From Trebonia sp. (lineage in GTDB: Bacteria > Actinomycetota > Actinomycetes > Streptosporangiales > Streptosporangiaceae), in assembly GCA_035571275.1 (NCBI GenBank), contig DATMKQ010000298.1, positions 1,013 through 65,012 on the forward strand: DNA of 64,000 nucleotides, written 5' to 3'. The notes under the pieces were generated by a model, which did not search any database, had not been told where the DNA came from, and saw only the letters and a program-made list of their open reading frames with translations. Shown piece by piece: positions 31,512 to 42,415 of this stretch. How positions within the stretch are numbered: the stretch's first letter is position 1; every line of letters starts with the position of its first letter. Made by a program: the position numbers and the translations under genes.

Positions 31512-32552
31512 ATGACGAAAAGCTTTGGCAGCGACAATCACGCCGGGACGCACCCGGCGGTCATGTACGCCATCATGGAGGCGAACACCGGTGATGCCGT
31601 CGCTTACGGGGCGGACCCGTGGACCCAACGCGCTACCGCGGAGCTTCTGCGGCTTTCCGGAGCCGCGGGCGAGGTGTTCCTGGTCCTCAACGGCAGTGGC
31701 GCGAACGTGCTGGGTCTGGGCCTGCTGCTCGACCGGCACGAGGCGGTCATCTGCGCCGAGTCAGCGCACATCAACTCCGACGAGTGCGGCTCGGCCGAAC
31801 GGATACTTGGGACCAAGCTGCTCACCGTCCCAGCGGCTACGGGGAAGCTGACACCCGAACTGATCGCCACGCGGCTGGCGGGGCGGGGCGACGAGCATTT
31901 CGCCCAACCGGGCGTGGTGGCCGTCACCCAGTCGACTGAGTTCGGTACCTGCTATTCGCTGGCCGAGCTACGGAAGATCCACGACTTCTGCGCCGCCAAC
32001 GGGTTGCGTGTTTACATGGACGGCGCTCGCCTCGCCAACGCGGCGGCTTACCTGGGTTGCACGCTCGCGGACCTCGCCGAGCACGCCGACGTCCTCAGCT
32101 TCGGCGGCACGAAGAACGGCGCGCTGGGTGTGGAGGCGGTCATCGTCATGCGCCCCGGTGATGCGGCCAACGCGCCTTTCCTGCGCAAGCAGCACATGCA
32201 GCTGTCATCGAAGATGCGGTTCCTCGCGGCACAGTTCATCGCGCTGCTCGAGGACGACCTGTGGCTGAGCAACGCCGGGCATGCCAACGCGATGGCCGCC
32301 CGGCTGGCGGCGGGCCTCACCGATGTTCCTGGTGTTGAGGTCGTGTATCCCGTGGAGGCCGATGCGGTCTTCGCTCGGCTGGACAAGCGTCACATCGCCG
32401 AGTTGCAGCGGGACTGGTTCTTCCATGTACGGGATGATTCCGATTCGCTGGTTCGATGGATGACCGCCTTTGACACGTCGGAGAGCGATGTCGACGCGTT
32501 CCTCGCGGATATTCGCCGGGTTGCCGGGGCGGGGACAGGGGGCGGCGCCTAG
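31512..32552 (+). CDS. Low-specificity L-threonine aldolase family protein
   Basis: FGSDN, YGADPWT, MDGARLANA, SFGGTKNG, SKMRF. Confidence 0.88.
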   Translation: MTKSFGSDNHAGTHPAVMYAIMEANTGDAVAYGADPWTQRATAELLRLSGAAGEVFLVLNGSGANVLGLGLLLDRHEAVICAESAHINSDECGSAERILGTKLLTVPAATGKLTPELIATRLAGRGDEHFAQPGVVAVTQSTEFGTCYSLAELRKIHDFCAANGLRVYMDGARLANAAAYLGCTLADLAEHADVLSFGGTKNGALGVEAVIVMRPGDAANAPFLRKQHMQLSSKMRFLAAQFIALLEDDLWLSNAGHANAMAARLAAGLTDVPGVEVVYPVEADAVFARLDKRHIAELQRDWFFHVRDDSDSLVRWMTAFDTSESDVDAFLADIRRVAGAGTGGGA

Positions 32553-32613
32553 GGTCTTGCGCCCCGCGCCTACCCCCGCAGGTTGGGGCGGCGCCTTCGA
32601 CGTCGTGTGTGCT

Positions 32614-32631
32614 TGGTTTCACGTGAAACCA
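32614..32631. promoter_or_regulatory. parS site
   Basis: Perfect palindrome TGGTTTCACGTGAAACCA. Confidence 0.92.
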
Positions 32632-32661
32632 CGCCTGACGATGTCGTTAAATTAGACGGAT

Positions 32662-32675
32662 GAACCGAGGCGGCG
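32662..32675 (+). repeat. Left arm of a 14-bp inverted repeat bracketing parB
   Basis: GAACCGAGGCGGCG; exact reverse complement at 33831-33844. Confidence 0.75.
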
Positions 32676-32738
32676 GTGCTCATCTTGCTGCCTCGGGTGA
32701 GATCTGCGGGCCTGCCCGCACGCTTTGAGGGAGACGTA

Positions 32739-33776
32739 GTGGCGCAGCAGCGGCGAGGACTGGGCAAGGGGCTTGGAGCGCTTATACCGGAAACGTCTCG
32801 CCCTAGTGCGCCCGGCGGTGCGGGGGTGAGCGCGGGCGCTTTCGCGCCTCAGTCCGCGCCCCCTGGTACTACGCCTGAAGGCTCTGGCGCGGGCGGCTAC
32901 GGCAGCGGAGCGGGCAGTGGCGAAAGTGGCGACACCGGACTGCGGCCGGTCGCGGGGGCCTACTTCGAAGAGGTGGCTGTTGACGCTATTACGCCAAACC
33001 CTCGGCAGCCTCGGAGGTCGTTTGACGAGGATGCGCTTGACGAGTTGGCGGCGTCTATCACCGAGGTGGGGCTGCTGCAACCGGTCGTGGTGCGCAGCCT
33101 GGGGGGCGGGCGCTACGAGCTGGTTATGGGCGAACGGCGCTGGCGTGCGAGCCAGCGCGCGGGGCTAGATTACATTCCGGCCATTGTCAGGGAAACGCCC
33201 GACAATGACATGCTCCGCGACGCGCTGCTTGAGAACCTGCACAGGCAGCAGCTTGACCCACTTGAAGAAGCGGCCGCCTATCAGCAACTGCTTGACGACT
33301 TCGGCGCTACTCACGAACAGCTCGCCCAGAAGGTCGGCCGGTCCAGGCCGCACATCAGCAACACGCTGCGTCTGCTGAACCTGCCTCCCGCGGTACAAAA
33401 GAGAGTCGCCGCCGGCGTCATCAGCGCCGGCCACGCCCGCGCCCTTCTGTCGCTGGACGACCCGCAGGCCCAGGACCGCCTGGCCCAGCGCATCGTGGCC
33501 GAGGGCCTCTCGGTCCGCGCCGTCGAGGAAATCGTCGCGGTTGGCGACGACACCCACGTAAAGCAGCCACGCAAGCCCGCCGCCAACAAGCCGGTAGCCC
33601 CGGCGCTCAGGCACCTAGCGGACCGCCTCTCCGACCTCTTCGAAACCCGGGTCAAAGTAGAGCTAGGCCGCAACAAGGGCAAGATCGTCGTAGAGTTCGC
33701 CTCCATCGACGACCTAGAGCGCATAGTAAAAGCCATGTCCCCCGACGGTGCCCCGACGGACGAACCCCCCGAGTAA
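32739..33776 (+). CDS. parB: Chromosome partitioning protein ParB (inverted relative to parA)
   Basis: [44 protein letters not shown]; GAGGGAG RBS. Confidence 0.96.
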   Translation: MAQQRRGLGKGLGALIPETSRPSAPGGAGVSAGAFAPQSAPPGTTPEGSGAGGYGSGAGSGESGDTGLRPVAGAYFEEVAVDAITPNPRQPRRSFDEDALDELAASITEVGLLQPVVVRSLGGGRYELVMGERRWRASQRAGLDYIPAIVRETPDNDMLRDALLENLHRQQLDPLEEAAAYQQLLDDFGATHEQLAQKVGRSRPHISNTLRLLNLPPAVQKRVAAGVISAGHARALLSLDDPQAQDRLAQRIVAEGLSVRAVEEIVAVGDDTHVKQPRKPAANKPVAPALRHLADRLSDLFETRVKVELGRNKGKIVVEFASIDDLERIVKAMSPDGAPTDEPPE

Positions 33777-33830
33777 CCCACCCGCGCCCGCATACAACCG
33801 CCGCAAGCGGACGTCAGCGTAGGCCGGCGG

Positions 33831-33844
33831 CGCCGCCTCGGTTC
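33831..33844 (-). repeat. Right arm of the 14-bp inverted repeat bracketing parB
   Basis: CGCCGCCTCGGTTC. Confidence 0.75.
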
Positions 33845-33870
33845 CAGGTGTCCGACCGGCCGCCACGCAG

Positions 33871-33950
33871 GCGGGGGCGCAGTGGAGTTGAGGCGCGTCG
33901 TTCGGCAACCGAAGGCTGCCGACTAAACGCGCCGAAGCCCCACAAGCCCC
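33871..33950 (+). repeat. Structured dispersed repeat, copy 1
   Basis: GCGGGGGCGCAGTGG..GGCGCGTCGTTCGGC..GCCGACTAAACGCGCCGAAGCCCCACAAGCCCC; related copy at 44315-44393. Confidence 0.7.
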
Positions 33951-33972
33951 AGCACCGCCCCGCCGCCCAGAG

Positions 33973-35157
33973 TCACGCCGGAACAGACCGGTAGGCCAAC
34001 TCCCGCGCCGCCTCCGAGTACGCGATAGCACCGCTAGAAGCAGGATCGTACGTGATCACGGACTGCCCGTAACTAGGCGCCTCCGACACCCGCACGCTCC
34101 GCGGGATGATCGTGTCCAGCACCACGTCCCCGAAGTGCGACCGGACGTCCTCGGCCACTTGCGTGGCCAGCCGCGTCCGTCCGTCGTACATGGTCAGCAG
34201 GATCGTGGAGATCCGCAGCCGACCGTTCAGGTGCCCGCGCACGAGTTCGACCGTCCGCAGCAATTGCTCCAGGCCTTCCAGCGCGTAGTACTCGCACTGA
34301 ATCGGGATCAGCACCTCTTCGGCCGCCACCAGCGCGTTCACGGTAAGCAACCCAAGCGACGGCGGGCAGTCGATGAGTACGTAGTCCAGGCTGGACGTGT
34401 CAAGCTGTTCCAGCGACCGGATCAGCCGCGACTCTCTGGCCACCATGGGGACGAGCTCGATCTCCGCGCCCGCCAGGTCGATGGTCGCCGGCGCGCAGAA
34501 CAAGCCTGGCATTCCCGCGACCTCGGTGATGACCTCCGACATCGGCCGCTCCTCGACCAGAGCGTTGTAGATCGAGTCCTGCCCGACATGGTGATCCACG
34601 TCCAGCGCCGTCGACGCGTTGCCTTGTGGGTCGAGGTCTATCACCAGGACGCGGCACCCGTGCTGGGACAGGCTCGCCGCAAGGTTAACCGCGGTGGTGG
34701 TCTTACCCACCCCGCCCTTCTGGTTGGCGATCGTCATCATCCGGCATCGGGCCGGCCGAGGCCAGGCCTCGCGCTCGCTCGCGCCGCGAACACCGACGGC
34801 GGCCTCCGCGGCCCTGCCGATCGGAGTGTCCGCCGTGTCCGCTGGTACGTCAGGGACGACTACCTGCGAGTCCTGATCGCCCTCAAAAGCAGTAGTTGGT
34901 GTTCCACGTGAAACCGCCGCCGCGAGCGCCTGCCGTACCCGATCAGAACCCGGCAGGAGCGACTCTTCATGACCGTTCAACAACGCACCTTTCGAGACCT
35001 GGTCCGGTTGGGAAGACACATGTTTCGGTAGCTGCCCCGGCCAGCCGAGTCCAGTCGTGCCCGGGAACCGAACGGCCATCCCCCCGTCAGGCCACCCCAC
35101 GCCGGCTGCGATGAGCACCCGCCTGCTCCTCTCGGCCGCGTCCTCCGATGACGACAC
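33973..35157 (-). CDS. parA: Chromosome partitioning ATPase ParA (start uncertain)
   Basis: ANQKGGVGKTT, DLDPQGNAS, DCPPSLG, QCEYYALEG, SEAPSYG. Confidence 0.95.
   Translation of the reverse strand: MSSSEDAAERSRRVLIAAGVGWPDGGMAVRFPGTTGLGWPGQLPKHVSSQPDQVSKGALLNGHEESLLPGSDRVRQALAAAVSRGTPTTAFEGDQDSQVVVPDVPADTADTPIGRAAEAAVGVRGASEREAWPRPARCRMMTIANQKGGVGKTTTAVNLAASLSQHGCRVLVIDLDPQGNASTALDVDHHVGQDSIYNALVEERPMSEVITEVAGMPGLFCAPATIDLAGAEIELVPMVARESRLIRSLEQLDTSSLDYVLIDCPPSLGLLTVNALVAAEEVLIPIQCEYYALEGLEQLLRTVELVRGHLNGRLRISTILLTMYDGRTRLATQVAEDVRSHFGDVVLDTIIPRSVRVSEAPSYGQSVITYDPASSGAIAYSEAARELAYRSVPA
34900..34915. promoter_or_regulatory. parS site within the parA 5' region
   Basis: TGTTCCACGTGAAACC. Confidence 0.85.
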
Positions 35158-35791
35158 GGACTACCGTGGTCGCAGATACGACCCTACCGTGATCGACCCG
35201 CAGAACCTCGGCGCTACGCGCGCCAAGTCGCGACAATACGGGCCTGGCGGCCGCGAGTTCTTCCGCGGCCGACTCGCCTTTGATCGCGAGGATCTGCCCG
35301 GATGGCTTCAGCACGCCCGCGGCCCAGCCGACGAGACGGTCAAGCGGCGCGACCGCTCGAGCGGTGGCGATGTCCGCCCGGATCACGCCGACCATCTCCT
35401 CCGCTCGGCCGCGTACCACGGTCGCGTTCGTCAGGCCAAGCCTCGCCACGCACTCGTCGAGGAAGACGGATCGCCGCAGCATCGGCTCAAGCAGGATTAC
35501 CCGTACATTGGGCCGGAGCATGGCGAGCACCACCCCGGGCAGGCCAGCGCCCGAGCCTATGTCAACGAGCTCACCGTGCTCTGGCACAAGATCCGCTACC
35601 AGCGCGCAGTTCAGCAGGTGCCGGTCCCAGAGCCGGGACGTCTCACGGGGGCCGATCAAGCCCCGCGTCACGCCATCGGTCGCCAGCAGTTCCGCGAACC
35701 GCCGGGCCATATCCAGGGCCGAACCGAATACCTCGGTCGCCTCCACTGGAGGCGGCGGCAGCGCGGCCGACGCCGGACTTTCCGCCGCCAC
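35087..35791 (-). CDS. rsmG: 16S rRNA m7G527 methyltransferase
   Basis: GLIGPRE..RLWDRH, DIGSGAGLPG, ARAVAPL. Confidence 0.95.
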   Translation of the reverse strand: MAAESPASAALPPPPVEATEVFGSALDMARRFAELLATDGVTRGLIGPRETSRLWDRHLLNCALVADLVPEHGELVDIGSGAGLPGVVLAMLRPNVRVILLEPMLRRSVFLDECVARLGLTNATVVRGRAEEMVGVIRADIATARAVAPLDRLVGWAAGVLKPSGQILAIKGESAAEELAAARPVLSRLGARSAEVLRVDHGRVVSATTVVRVVIGGRGREEQAGAHRSRRGVA

Positions 35792-35800
35792 AGTAGTGCC

Positions 35801-36547
35801 TCAGCCGACCGGGAACACCACGACGCGCCGGTTCGGCTCCTCGCCTTCCGACTCGCTGCGCAGTCCCGCGTTGGCAACCGCGTCATGGATGATCTTGCGC
35901 TCAAACGGGGACATGGCACGGAGCTTCTTGGCCTCACCGGTGCGCGAGACCTCTGCCGCGATCGACCGTCCAAGCTCAGCGAGCTCGGACCGGCGCCGCG
36001 CGCGGAACCCGCCGACGTCGAGCATCAGCCTGGCGCGCAAACCGGTCCTGCGGTGCACCGCCAGCCTGGTCAGCTCCTGCAGCGCCTCAAGAACCTCGCC
36101 GTCGTCGCCGACCAGCTCATCGAGGGTGGCGCCCACCACAGACACAACCGCACGGTCGCCTTCGACATCCATGTCGATGTCGCCGTCCAAGTCGGCGATG
36201 TCCAGCAACCCCTCGATATAGTCGGCGGCGATCTCGCCTTCTTCTTCGAGCGAGCTAAAATCGGCCTCGTCGTCAGCGTCCTCGTCGTCGTCCTCGGCCT
36301 CGTCAGCCTCGTCGTCGTCTTCCGCGTCGTCAGCCTCGTCGTCAACGTCAACGTCGTCGTCGTCCTCAGCTTCGTCAGCCTCGTCGTCAACGTCGTCAAC
36401 GTCGTCGATATCCTCGTCGATGTCTTCGTCGTCAACAAGGTCCTCGTCGGCCACGCCGTCCAGCTCCTGCTCGTCTAGGCCAGCATTTCCCGTTGGCACA
36501 GACCAGCCGGCCACCGTGCCAAAGCCCTTGCCGGGATCATCCCCCAC
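35801..36547 (-). CDS. jag: Jag/EloR RNA-binding protein (KH + R3H) with polyacidic N-terminus
   Basis: EGEIAADYIEGLLDIADLDGDIDMDV, MSPFERKIIHD, SEGEEPNRRVV. Confidence 0.9.
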   Translation of the reverse strand: MGDDPGKGFGTVAGWSVPTGNAGLDEQELDGVADEDLVDDEDIDEDIDDVDDVDDEADEAEDDDDVDVDDEADDAEDDDEADEAEDDDEDADDEADFSSLEEEGEIAADYIEGLLDIADLDGDIDMDVEGDRAVVSVVGATLDELVGDDGEVLEALQELTRLAVHRRTGLRARLMLDVGGFRARRRSELAELGRSIAAEVSRTGEAKKLRAMSPFERKIIHDAVANAGLRSESEGEEPNRRVVVFPVG

Positions 36548-36553
36548 AGTCGC

Positions 36554-37810
36554 TCACCTCTTGCCCGAACGCTTGCTGCGTGTCTGCCTGGTCGGCTGCT
36601 GCCGGACCGTCTTCGTCTGCGGAGCGGCGGGCACCTCTTCAGGCTCAGGCTTGGTCCTCCCCAGCCGCAAGAGCCCCCGCGCACCCCCGGTCGCCGGGGA
36701 TGCGGGCGCACTCGGCGACGACGACCCGTTCGCGCTGGCCTTCGGAGCACTCGGCTTCGGCCCACTCGGCTTCGGAGCACCGGCCTTCTGAGCACTGGCC
36801 TTCGGGGTGCTTGCATTGGCCGCACTGGTCTTCGTCCCGGTGGTCCGGGCAGCGCTGGTCTTCGGAACGCTCGTCTTCGCAGTGCCAGCCTTCGGCACGG
36901 AATCTTGCGGTTCGTCTGTCTTGCCGGTTATGGCCGCTTTGACCGAGCTGCTTATCTTGCCAGTGTTGCTCTTGCCAGTAACACCCGTGTTGCCTGATGC
37001 CGCTTGCACCGCAGACGCACCTACCGTAGCGCTCCCCACCACGGGAAGGTTGCGGAACAGGATGTGCTGCTGCCCCAGCGTCCAGATGTTGGTGGTGACC
37101 CAGTAGATGACGAGGCCGAACTGCCAGTACAGACCGGTCAGCGCGAAGAACGGCGCGATGTACATCATGTACTTCTGCATGTTCGCGGCGGGGTTGTCCG
37201 GGTCGACCGGGCCCTGCTGCATCATGCCGCGGCGCGAGCTCTGCCGCATAGTCATGAACGTCGTGGACGCGCTGATCGCCACGAACACCAGGATCACGAT
37301 CCGCTGCGGCCACGTCTCACCGTGGATGGGGAAGAGGAACTTGTCCGCCAGCGACACGCCGAAAATGTGCGCGTTCAGCGCGCTCTGCACGACCGGGACC
37401 GTAAGGCCGTACTTCGGAGCCTGCCCGGGCTGCCACTCGGAGATCGCCCGCAGGTTATAGAACAGCGCCCAGAACAGCGGCAGCTGTGCGACGAGCGGGA
37501 GACAGCCCCCCAGGGGGTTGATGCCGTTCTCCTTGTAGAACTTCATCGTCTCTTCGTTGAGGCGCTGTTTGTCGTTCTTGTACCGCTTGCGGAGCTCTTG
37601 CAGTTGCGGCATGTGCGACTGCATCTTCCGCTGCGACTTCACCTGCTTGACGAACAGCGGCACCATCAGCGCACGCATCAGCATCACGAGGAGGACGATG
37701 GTTAGGCCCCATGCCCACCCGCTCGAGGCGCCGAACGGCACCGAGAGCGCCGCGTGGATGCGCATGATCACCCACGCGACCGCCTCAAACAGCGGGTTTA
37801 GAATGCTCAC
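36554..37810 (-). CDS. yidC: Membrane protein insertase YidC
   Basis: [27 protein letters not shown]. Confidence 0.95.
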   Translation of the reverse strand: MSILNPLFEAVAWVIMRIHAALSVPFGASSGWAWGLTIVLLVMLMRALMVPLFVKQVKSQRKMQSHMPQLQELRKRYKNDKQRLNEETMKFYKENGINPLGGCLPLVAQLPLFWALFYNLRAISEWQPGQAPKYGLTVPVVQSALNAHIFGVSLADKFLFPIHGETWPQRIVILVFVAISASTTFMTMRQSSRRGMMQQGPVDPDNPAANMQKYMMYIAPFFALTGLYWQFGLVIYWVTTNIWTLGQQHILFRNLPVVGSATVGASAVQAASGNTGVTGKSNTGKISSSVKAAITGKTDEPQDSVPKAGTAKTSVPKTSAARTTGTKTSAANASTPKASAQKAGAPKPSGPKPSAPKASANGSSSPSAPASPATGGARGLLRLGRTKPEPEEVPAAPQTKTVRQQPTRQTRSKRSGKR

Positions 37811-38088
37811 CTGATAACTCCTTGGGGCCTAGCCGGCACGGGATCATATCCGCCCGGGTTAAAAGGATGGCAACGGGCAAGCCGGCGTACGGCCAGCCAC
37901 AGTCCCCGTGCCGCGCCGTGCGCGCGCAACGCTTCCAGTGCGTATTCGCTGCATGAGGGGGCGAACCTGCACCGCGGACCGAGCAGTGGGCTCAGGAACC
38001 GGCGGTAGCCGATCACAGGGACTATGAGCACCCGAGCCGGCAATGTCGGCACGGCTACCTCTGTCAACCTCGTCTCCGACGCGCTCAT
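37807..38088 (-). CDS. yidD: Membrane protein insertion efficiency factor
   Basis: [24 protein letters not shown]. Confidence 0.95.
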   Translation of the reverse strand: MSASETRLTEVAVPTLPARVLIVPVIGYRRFLSPLLGPRCRFAPSCSEYALEALRAHGAARGLWLAVRRLARCHPFNPGGYDPVPARPQGVIR

Positions 38089-38468
38089 TCCTTTTGCAGC
38101 GCCCCAACCTGCCGCCTGAGCAGTCGTTCGATAACCAGGTCAAGATCGGCGGCGAGATCCGCCTGGCGTGCGCCCGCGGCCGCTGGATGGGCGCGCAGTA
38201 CGAGCAGGCAACCCCCCGGGAGCGAGGCGAGACGCCTGCGCATCAGTTCCCGGAGCCGTCGCTTCACCCGATTACGAACCACCGCCGAGCCAACCGCACG
38301 GCTGACAATAAAGCCTACCTTTGCCGGGTCACCGGAGCGTACCGCTCCGTAAGAGCCGGAGGGCAGCAGCAAGTGACCCGCGACCACGGATCCGCCCGCT
38401 CGGCGGCCCGCTCGCAGCGCCAGCCTGAACTCCGCTGGGCGTCTCATCCGCGACTGCTGCGGCAGCAC
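38085..38468 (-). CDS. rnpA: Ribonuclease P protein
   Basis: [24 protein letters not shown]; GGAGG RBS. Confidence 0.95.
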   Translation of the reverse strand: MLPQQSRMRRPAEFRLALRAGRRAGGSVVAGHLLLPSGSYGAVRSGDPAKVGFIVSRAVGSAVVRNRVKRRLRELMRRRLASLPGGCLLVLRAHPAAAGARQADLAADLDLVIERLLRRQVGALQKE

Positions 38469-38521
38469 CACACCTCCTGCGCAGCCTGGCGTGCCAGCGT
38501 CTGGCGGCGGCGACAGCCGCG

Positions 38522-38659
38522 TCAGGCGCTCAGCTTCGCGCGGCCCTTGTTGCGGCGTGCGGCGAGGACGGCCCGGCCAGCCCGGGTGCGCATCCGCAGC
38601 CGAAAACCATGGACCTTCGCCCGCCGACGGTTGTTCGGCTGGAACGTACGCTTGCTCAC
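38522..38659 (-). CDS. rpmH: 50S ribosomal protein L34 (45 aa; not in the ORF track)
   Basis: Translates [45 protein letters not shown]. Confidence 0.97.
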   Translation of the reverse strand: MSKRTFQPNNRRRAKVHGFRLRMRTRAGRAVLAARRNKGRAKLSA

Positions 38660-38975
38660 TGGGGCTCCAGGTGCAGTTCTGATCTGTGAAGAAAAAAGGG
38701 CCAGACATCGCCGCGCGCCCGCTCAGCCGGGCTCCGGCCCTGGGCCGCCGCGGACGCAAGCTCAGCCTGTTAACGGTAAGGGTGATGCAAGCACAGGTCA
38801 AACCGGGCCGCCAGCACACTTCCACGCACCTCCGTGCGACGACACCGATCGGCCCAGCGCCTGCCCGGTTCTCCGCGAAACGTGTCAAAGACGGCTAACC
38901 GACCTGCCCCTAACCGGGTCTACCATCATCTAACACCGCGGTTTCCTGAACGCATCCCGCCCCGGCGACTTAGGC

Positions 38976-39148
38976 TGTGGAAAATCAATGTCCGCCGAAC
39001 TGTCCGATTCGGACAGGCGGCGGCTACGGGAGGGAAACGGGAGGGGAAACCGCGGCTCAGCGGCCGTGGTACGCACCTGGTGCGCCGATGGCAGGCATGG
39101 TCTGCCCGACGCGACACGTGCACACCTTGTGGACCATCCTGTGGACAA
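38976..39148. promoter_or_regulatory. DnaA boxes in the dnaA promoter region
   Basis: TGTGGAAAA about 38977, TGTGGACCA 39128, TGTGGACAA 39140. Confidence 0.75.
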
Positions 39149-39202
39149 CGGGCCTGGTTGCGGCCATGCTCTGCACGACAGCTAGGCGAGGGGAGCCCAT
39201 CA

Positions 39203-40762
39203 GTGAGTGATACAGACCTCGCAGATGTGTGGGCACGGTCATTGGAAGAGCTCGCCAAGCTCCCAGTCCAGCCGAGCCAGCTGGCCTGGCTCAAGCTCAC
39301 CCGGCCGCTCGGGCTCGTCGAGAACACGGCGCTGATCGCCACGCCGAACGAGTTCGTCAAGGAGCAACTCGAGACCCGGCTGAGCCCGCTGGTCACGCAG
39401 GCGCTCACCCGGGTGCTCGGCCGGCCCGTCCGGCTCGCCGTCACGGTGGACAAGAGCTTCGAACCCGAGCCGCCGGCTGCTCCCGTATCGCCGCTGGGGG
39501 GCGGGGCGGTCCAGCCACCGCCGACCGACCGGCACCCGCTCGACACGCCGTCGGCACACGACGGCCGCCCGCTCGGGGCGGCGGGCGTCCCGGGCGTCCC
39601 GGGCGTGCCGGGCGTACTAGGCAGGCCGCAGATGTCCCAGGGCGAGGACGGGCCGCCACAGTCGGCGGGCGAGGCGGCGCGACCGCATCAGCCGGACCAG
39701 GCCGGGCCGACGCCGCGGCTCACCTCGGCCAGGCTCAACTCGAAGTACACATTCGAGACCTTCGTCATCGGCTCGAGCAACCGGTTCGCGCACGCGGCCG
39801 CCGTCGCGGTAGCGGAGGCACCGGCGAAGGCCTACAACCCGCTGTTCATCTACGGCGACTCCGGGCTGGGCAAGACCCACTTGCTGCACGCCATCGGTCA
39901 CTACGCGCAGACGCTGTACAACGGGCTGAAGGTCAGGTACGTGAGCTCCGAGGAGTTCACCAACGACTTCATCAACATGATCAGGGATGGCAAGCAGGAC
40001 GGGTTCCGCCGCCGCTACCGCGATGTAGACGTGCTGCTCGTCGACGACATCCAGTTCCTGGAGAACAAGGAAGGGACTCAGGAGGAGTTCTTCCACACTT
40101 TTAACACCCTCCACAACGCCAGCAAGCAGATCGTCATCTCGAGCGACCGCGCTCCCAAGCGCCTGGTCACCTTGGAGGACAGGCTGCGCAGCCGGTTCGA
40201 ATGGGGGTTGCTGACCGACGTGCAGCCGCCCGAACTCGAGACCCGCATCGCCATCTTGCGCAAGAAGGCGATCCAGGAAGGCCTTAATGCCCCCGCGGAC
40301 GTCCTGGAGTACATCGCCAGCCGGATCTCCACAAATATCAGGGAACTCGAGGGAGCGCTGATCCGGGTCACGGCGTTCGCCAGCCTCAACCGCCAGGGCG
40401 TCGATCTGCAGCTGGCCGAGATCGTGCTGAAGGACCTCATCCCCGAGGCGCAGGGCCCGCAGATCAACGCGGCGACGATCATGGGGCAGACCGCCGCGTA
40501 CTTCGGCCTTTCGATCGAGGACCTGTGCGGCACGAGCAGGTCGCGGGTGCTGGTGACCGCCAGGCACATCGCTATGTACTTGTGCCGGGAACTGACCGAC
40601 CTGTCGCTGCCCAAGATCGGCCAGCAGTTCGGCGGCCGCGATCACACGACGGTCATCAACGCGGACCGCAAGATCCGCTCGCTCATGGCCGAACGCCGCT
40701 CGATCTACACCCAGGTAACCGAGCTAACCAACCGCATCAAGCAGCAGGCGAGAGCAGGATGA
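39203..40762 (+). CDS. dnaA: Chromosomal replication initiator DnaA
   Basis: [53 protein letters not shown]. Confidence 0.98.
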   Translation: MSDTDLADVWARSLEELAKLPVQPSQLAWLKLTRPLGLVENTALIATPNEFVKEQLETRLSPLVTQALTRVLGRPVRLAVTVDKSFEPEPPAAPVSPLGGGAVQPPPTDRHPLDTPSAHDGRPLGAAGVPGVPGVPGVLGRPQMSQGEDGPPQSAGEAARPHQPDQAGPTPRLTSARLNSKYTFETFVIGSSNRFAHAAAVAVAEAPAKAYNPLFIYGDSGLGKTHLLHAIGHYAQTLYNGLKVRYVSSEEFTNDFINMIRDGKQDGFRRRYRDVDVLLVDDIQFLENKEGTQEEFFHTFNTLHNASKQIVISSDRAPKRLVTLEDRLRSRFEWGLLTDVQPPELETRIAILRKKAIQEGLNAPADVLEYIASRISTNIRELEGALIRVTAFASLNRQGVDLQLAEIVLKDLIPEAQGPQINAATIMGQTAAYFGLSIEDLCGTSRSRVLVTARHIAMYLCRELTDLSLPKIGQQFGGRDHTTVINADRKIRSLMAERRSIYTQVTELTNRIKQQARAG

Positions 40763-40929
40763 GGATGGACAAGCCTTCGAGCGCGGCCAGCAGGGAGAGC
40801 GGGTTAAATCCCCCGCGAGCCAAAGGGCCGCCCCGCCGTCATGAGTGAGGAGCGAGCGAGCAAAGCTCGTGAGCCACGAGCGATGACGGCGGACTCCGGC
40901 GGCCCGGAGGCGAGCGGGACAGCAGAGTA

Positions 40930-41150
40930 CACAGCTTGTGGATAACACTGTGGAACGGCTAGGGAGAACCGGGGGACAATACGTGGGTAAGACCGGGATA
41001 GCAGCGAACCGTGCACAGCACCCGCTCGCGCGTCCCCGCGCCGGCCACACCTACTGTGCACAAAGAAACGGCGCTGACCTGACGAAACGGCCGTATCCCC
41101 AGTTTCCACGGCCACTATGACTACGACGATCTTCTAACTAAAGAAAAGCC
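40930..41150. other. oriC (dnaA-dnaN intergenic) with basal unwinding module
   Basis: TGTGGATAA 40937 plus several degenerate boxes; tandem boxes GTATCCCCA/TTTCCACG 41093-41110, GCC, DnaA-trio-like ACTATGACTACGACGAT 41114-41130, AT-rich tract. Confidence 0.88.
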
Positions 41151-41270
41151 GAAAACACTAGGTTCGCGGCCCGGCTGGGGATGCGCCGTCGCCACGGACA
41201 TCCCCGCTCGGGGGAAAGCACAAACATCCCGGCGGGCCGATTGGCCGCCGAAACCGGCAGGAGGCAATTC

Positions 41271-42392
41271 GTGAAGCTCCAGGTTGAGCGTGACCCGCTC
41301 GCAGATGCCGTAGCGTGGACCGCCCGCGCGCTGCCCGCGCGCCCCACAGCGCCGGTGCTGGCCGGTATGCGGCTGCAGGCAGGCAGCGAACTGGTCCTGT
41401 CGACCTTCGACTATGAGGTTTCCGCGCAGGCCACGATCCCCGTGGCGGCTGACGAGCCCGGCACGGTGCTGGTGTCCGGCCGACTGCTCGCCGAGATCGT
41501 GCGCAGCCTGCCCGCCAAGCCCGTCGACCTGTCCACCGATGGCACCAGGACCACCCTGCGCTGCGGCAGCGCCACGTTCACCCTGATGCTGTTGCCGGTC
41601 GAGGAGTACCCGACGCTGCCGGACATGCCGGAGACCACCGGCAAGGTCGGCGCCGACACGTTCTCCTCGGCGATCAGCCAGGTCGCTATCGCCGCGGGGC
41701 GCGACGACACGTTGCCCGCGCTGACCGGGATCCGCGTCGAGATCGCCGAGGACACGCTGACCCTGGTCGCCACCGACCGCTACCGGCTCGCCGTCAGGGA
41801 ACTGCGGTGGACGCCCGTGGTGCCGGGGCTGAACACCGCCGTGCTCGTGCCCGCCCGCGTGCTCTCCGACACCGCCCGGGCGATGACTAGCGGCGCCGAG
41901 GTCTCGGTCGCGCTGGCCGCCGCGGAGGGCAACGGCAACGACGGCATCATCGGCTTCGAGGGTGCGGGGCGCAAGACCACCACGCGGCTGCTGTCGGGCG
42001 AATACCCGAGGTACCAGACGTTGCTCCCCAGCGAGTTCTCCGCGGTCGCGGAACTGCCCGTCGCGCCGTTGGCCGAGGCGGTCAAACGAGTGGCGCTCGT
42101 CGCCGAGCGGAACACCCCGGTCCGCCTCTCCTTCACCGCGGGCGAGGTGCTGCTCGAAGCCGGGACCGGTGACGAAGCACAGGCGAGCGAGGCGATCGGC
42201 GCGTCCTACGACGGAGACGACATGCAGATCGCGTTCAACCCGCAGTACCTGCTGGACGGCATCGGCGCCATCGACTCCGACACGGCGAGGATCTCGTTCA
42301 CCACGCCGACCAGGCCGGCCGTTATCACCGGCAAGGGCGAGGCGCAGCCGGATTACCGGTATGTGCTGATGCCGATTCGTTCGGCCGGTTAG
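41271..42392 (+). CDS. dnaN: DNA polymerase III beta clamp
   Basis: [36 protein letters not shown]; AGGAGG RBS. Confidence 0.97.
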   Translation: MKLQVERDPLADAVAWTARALPARPTAPVLAGMRLQAGSELVLSTFDYEVSAQATIPVAADEPGTVLVSGRLLAEIVRSLPAKPVDLSTDGTRTTLRCGSATFTLMLLPVEEYPTLPDMPETTGKVGADTFSSAISQVAIAAGRDDTLPALTGIRVEIAEDTLTLVATDRYRLAVRELRWTPVVPGLNTAVLVPARVLSDTARAMTSGAEVSVALAAAEGNGNDGIIGFEGAGRKTTTRLLSGEYPRYQTLLPSEFSAVAELPVAPLAEAVKRVALVAERNTPVRLSFTAGEVLLEAGTGDEAQASEAIGASYDGDDMQIAFNPQYLLDGIGAIDSDTARISFTTPTRPAVITGKGEAQPDYRYVLMPIRSAG

Positions 42393-42415
42393 GTCAAGCC
42401 ACTACGCTCGAAGAT

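Noticed and set aside
38834-39202. N-terminal extension of DnaA in the ORF track
   Set aside because: The region holds DnaA boxes and promoter sequence; the RBS supports GTG at 39203
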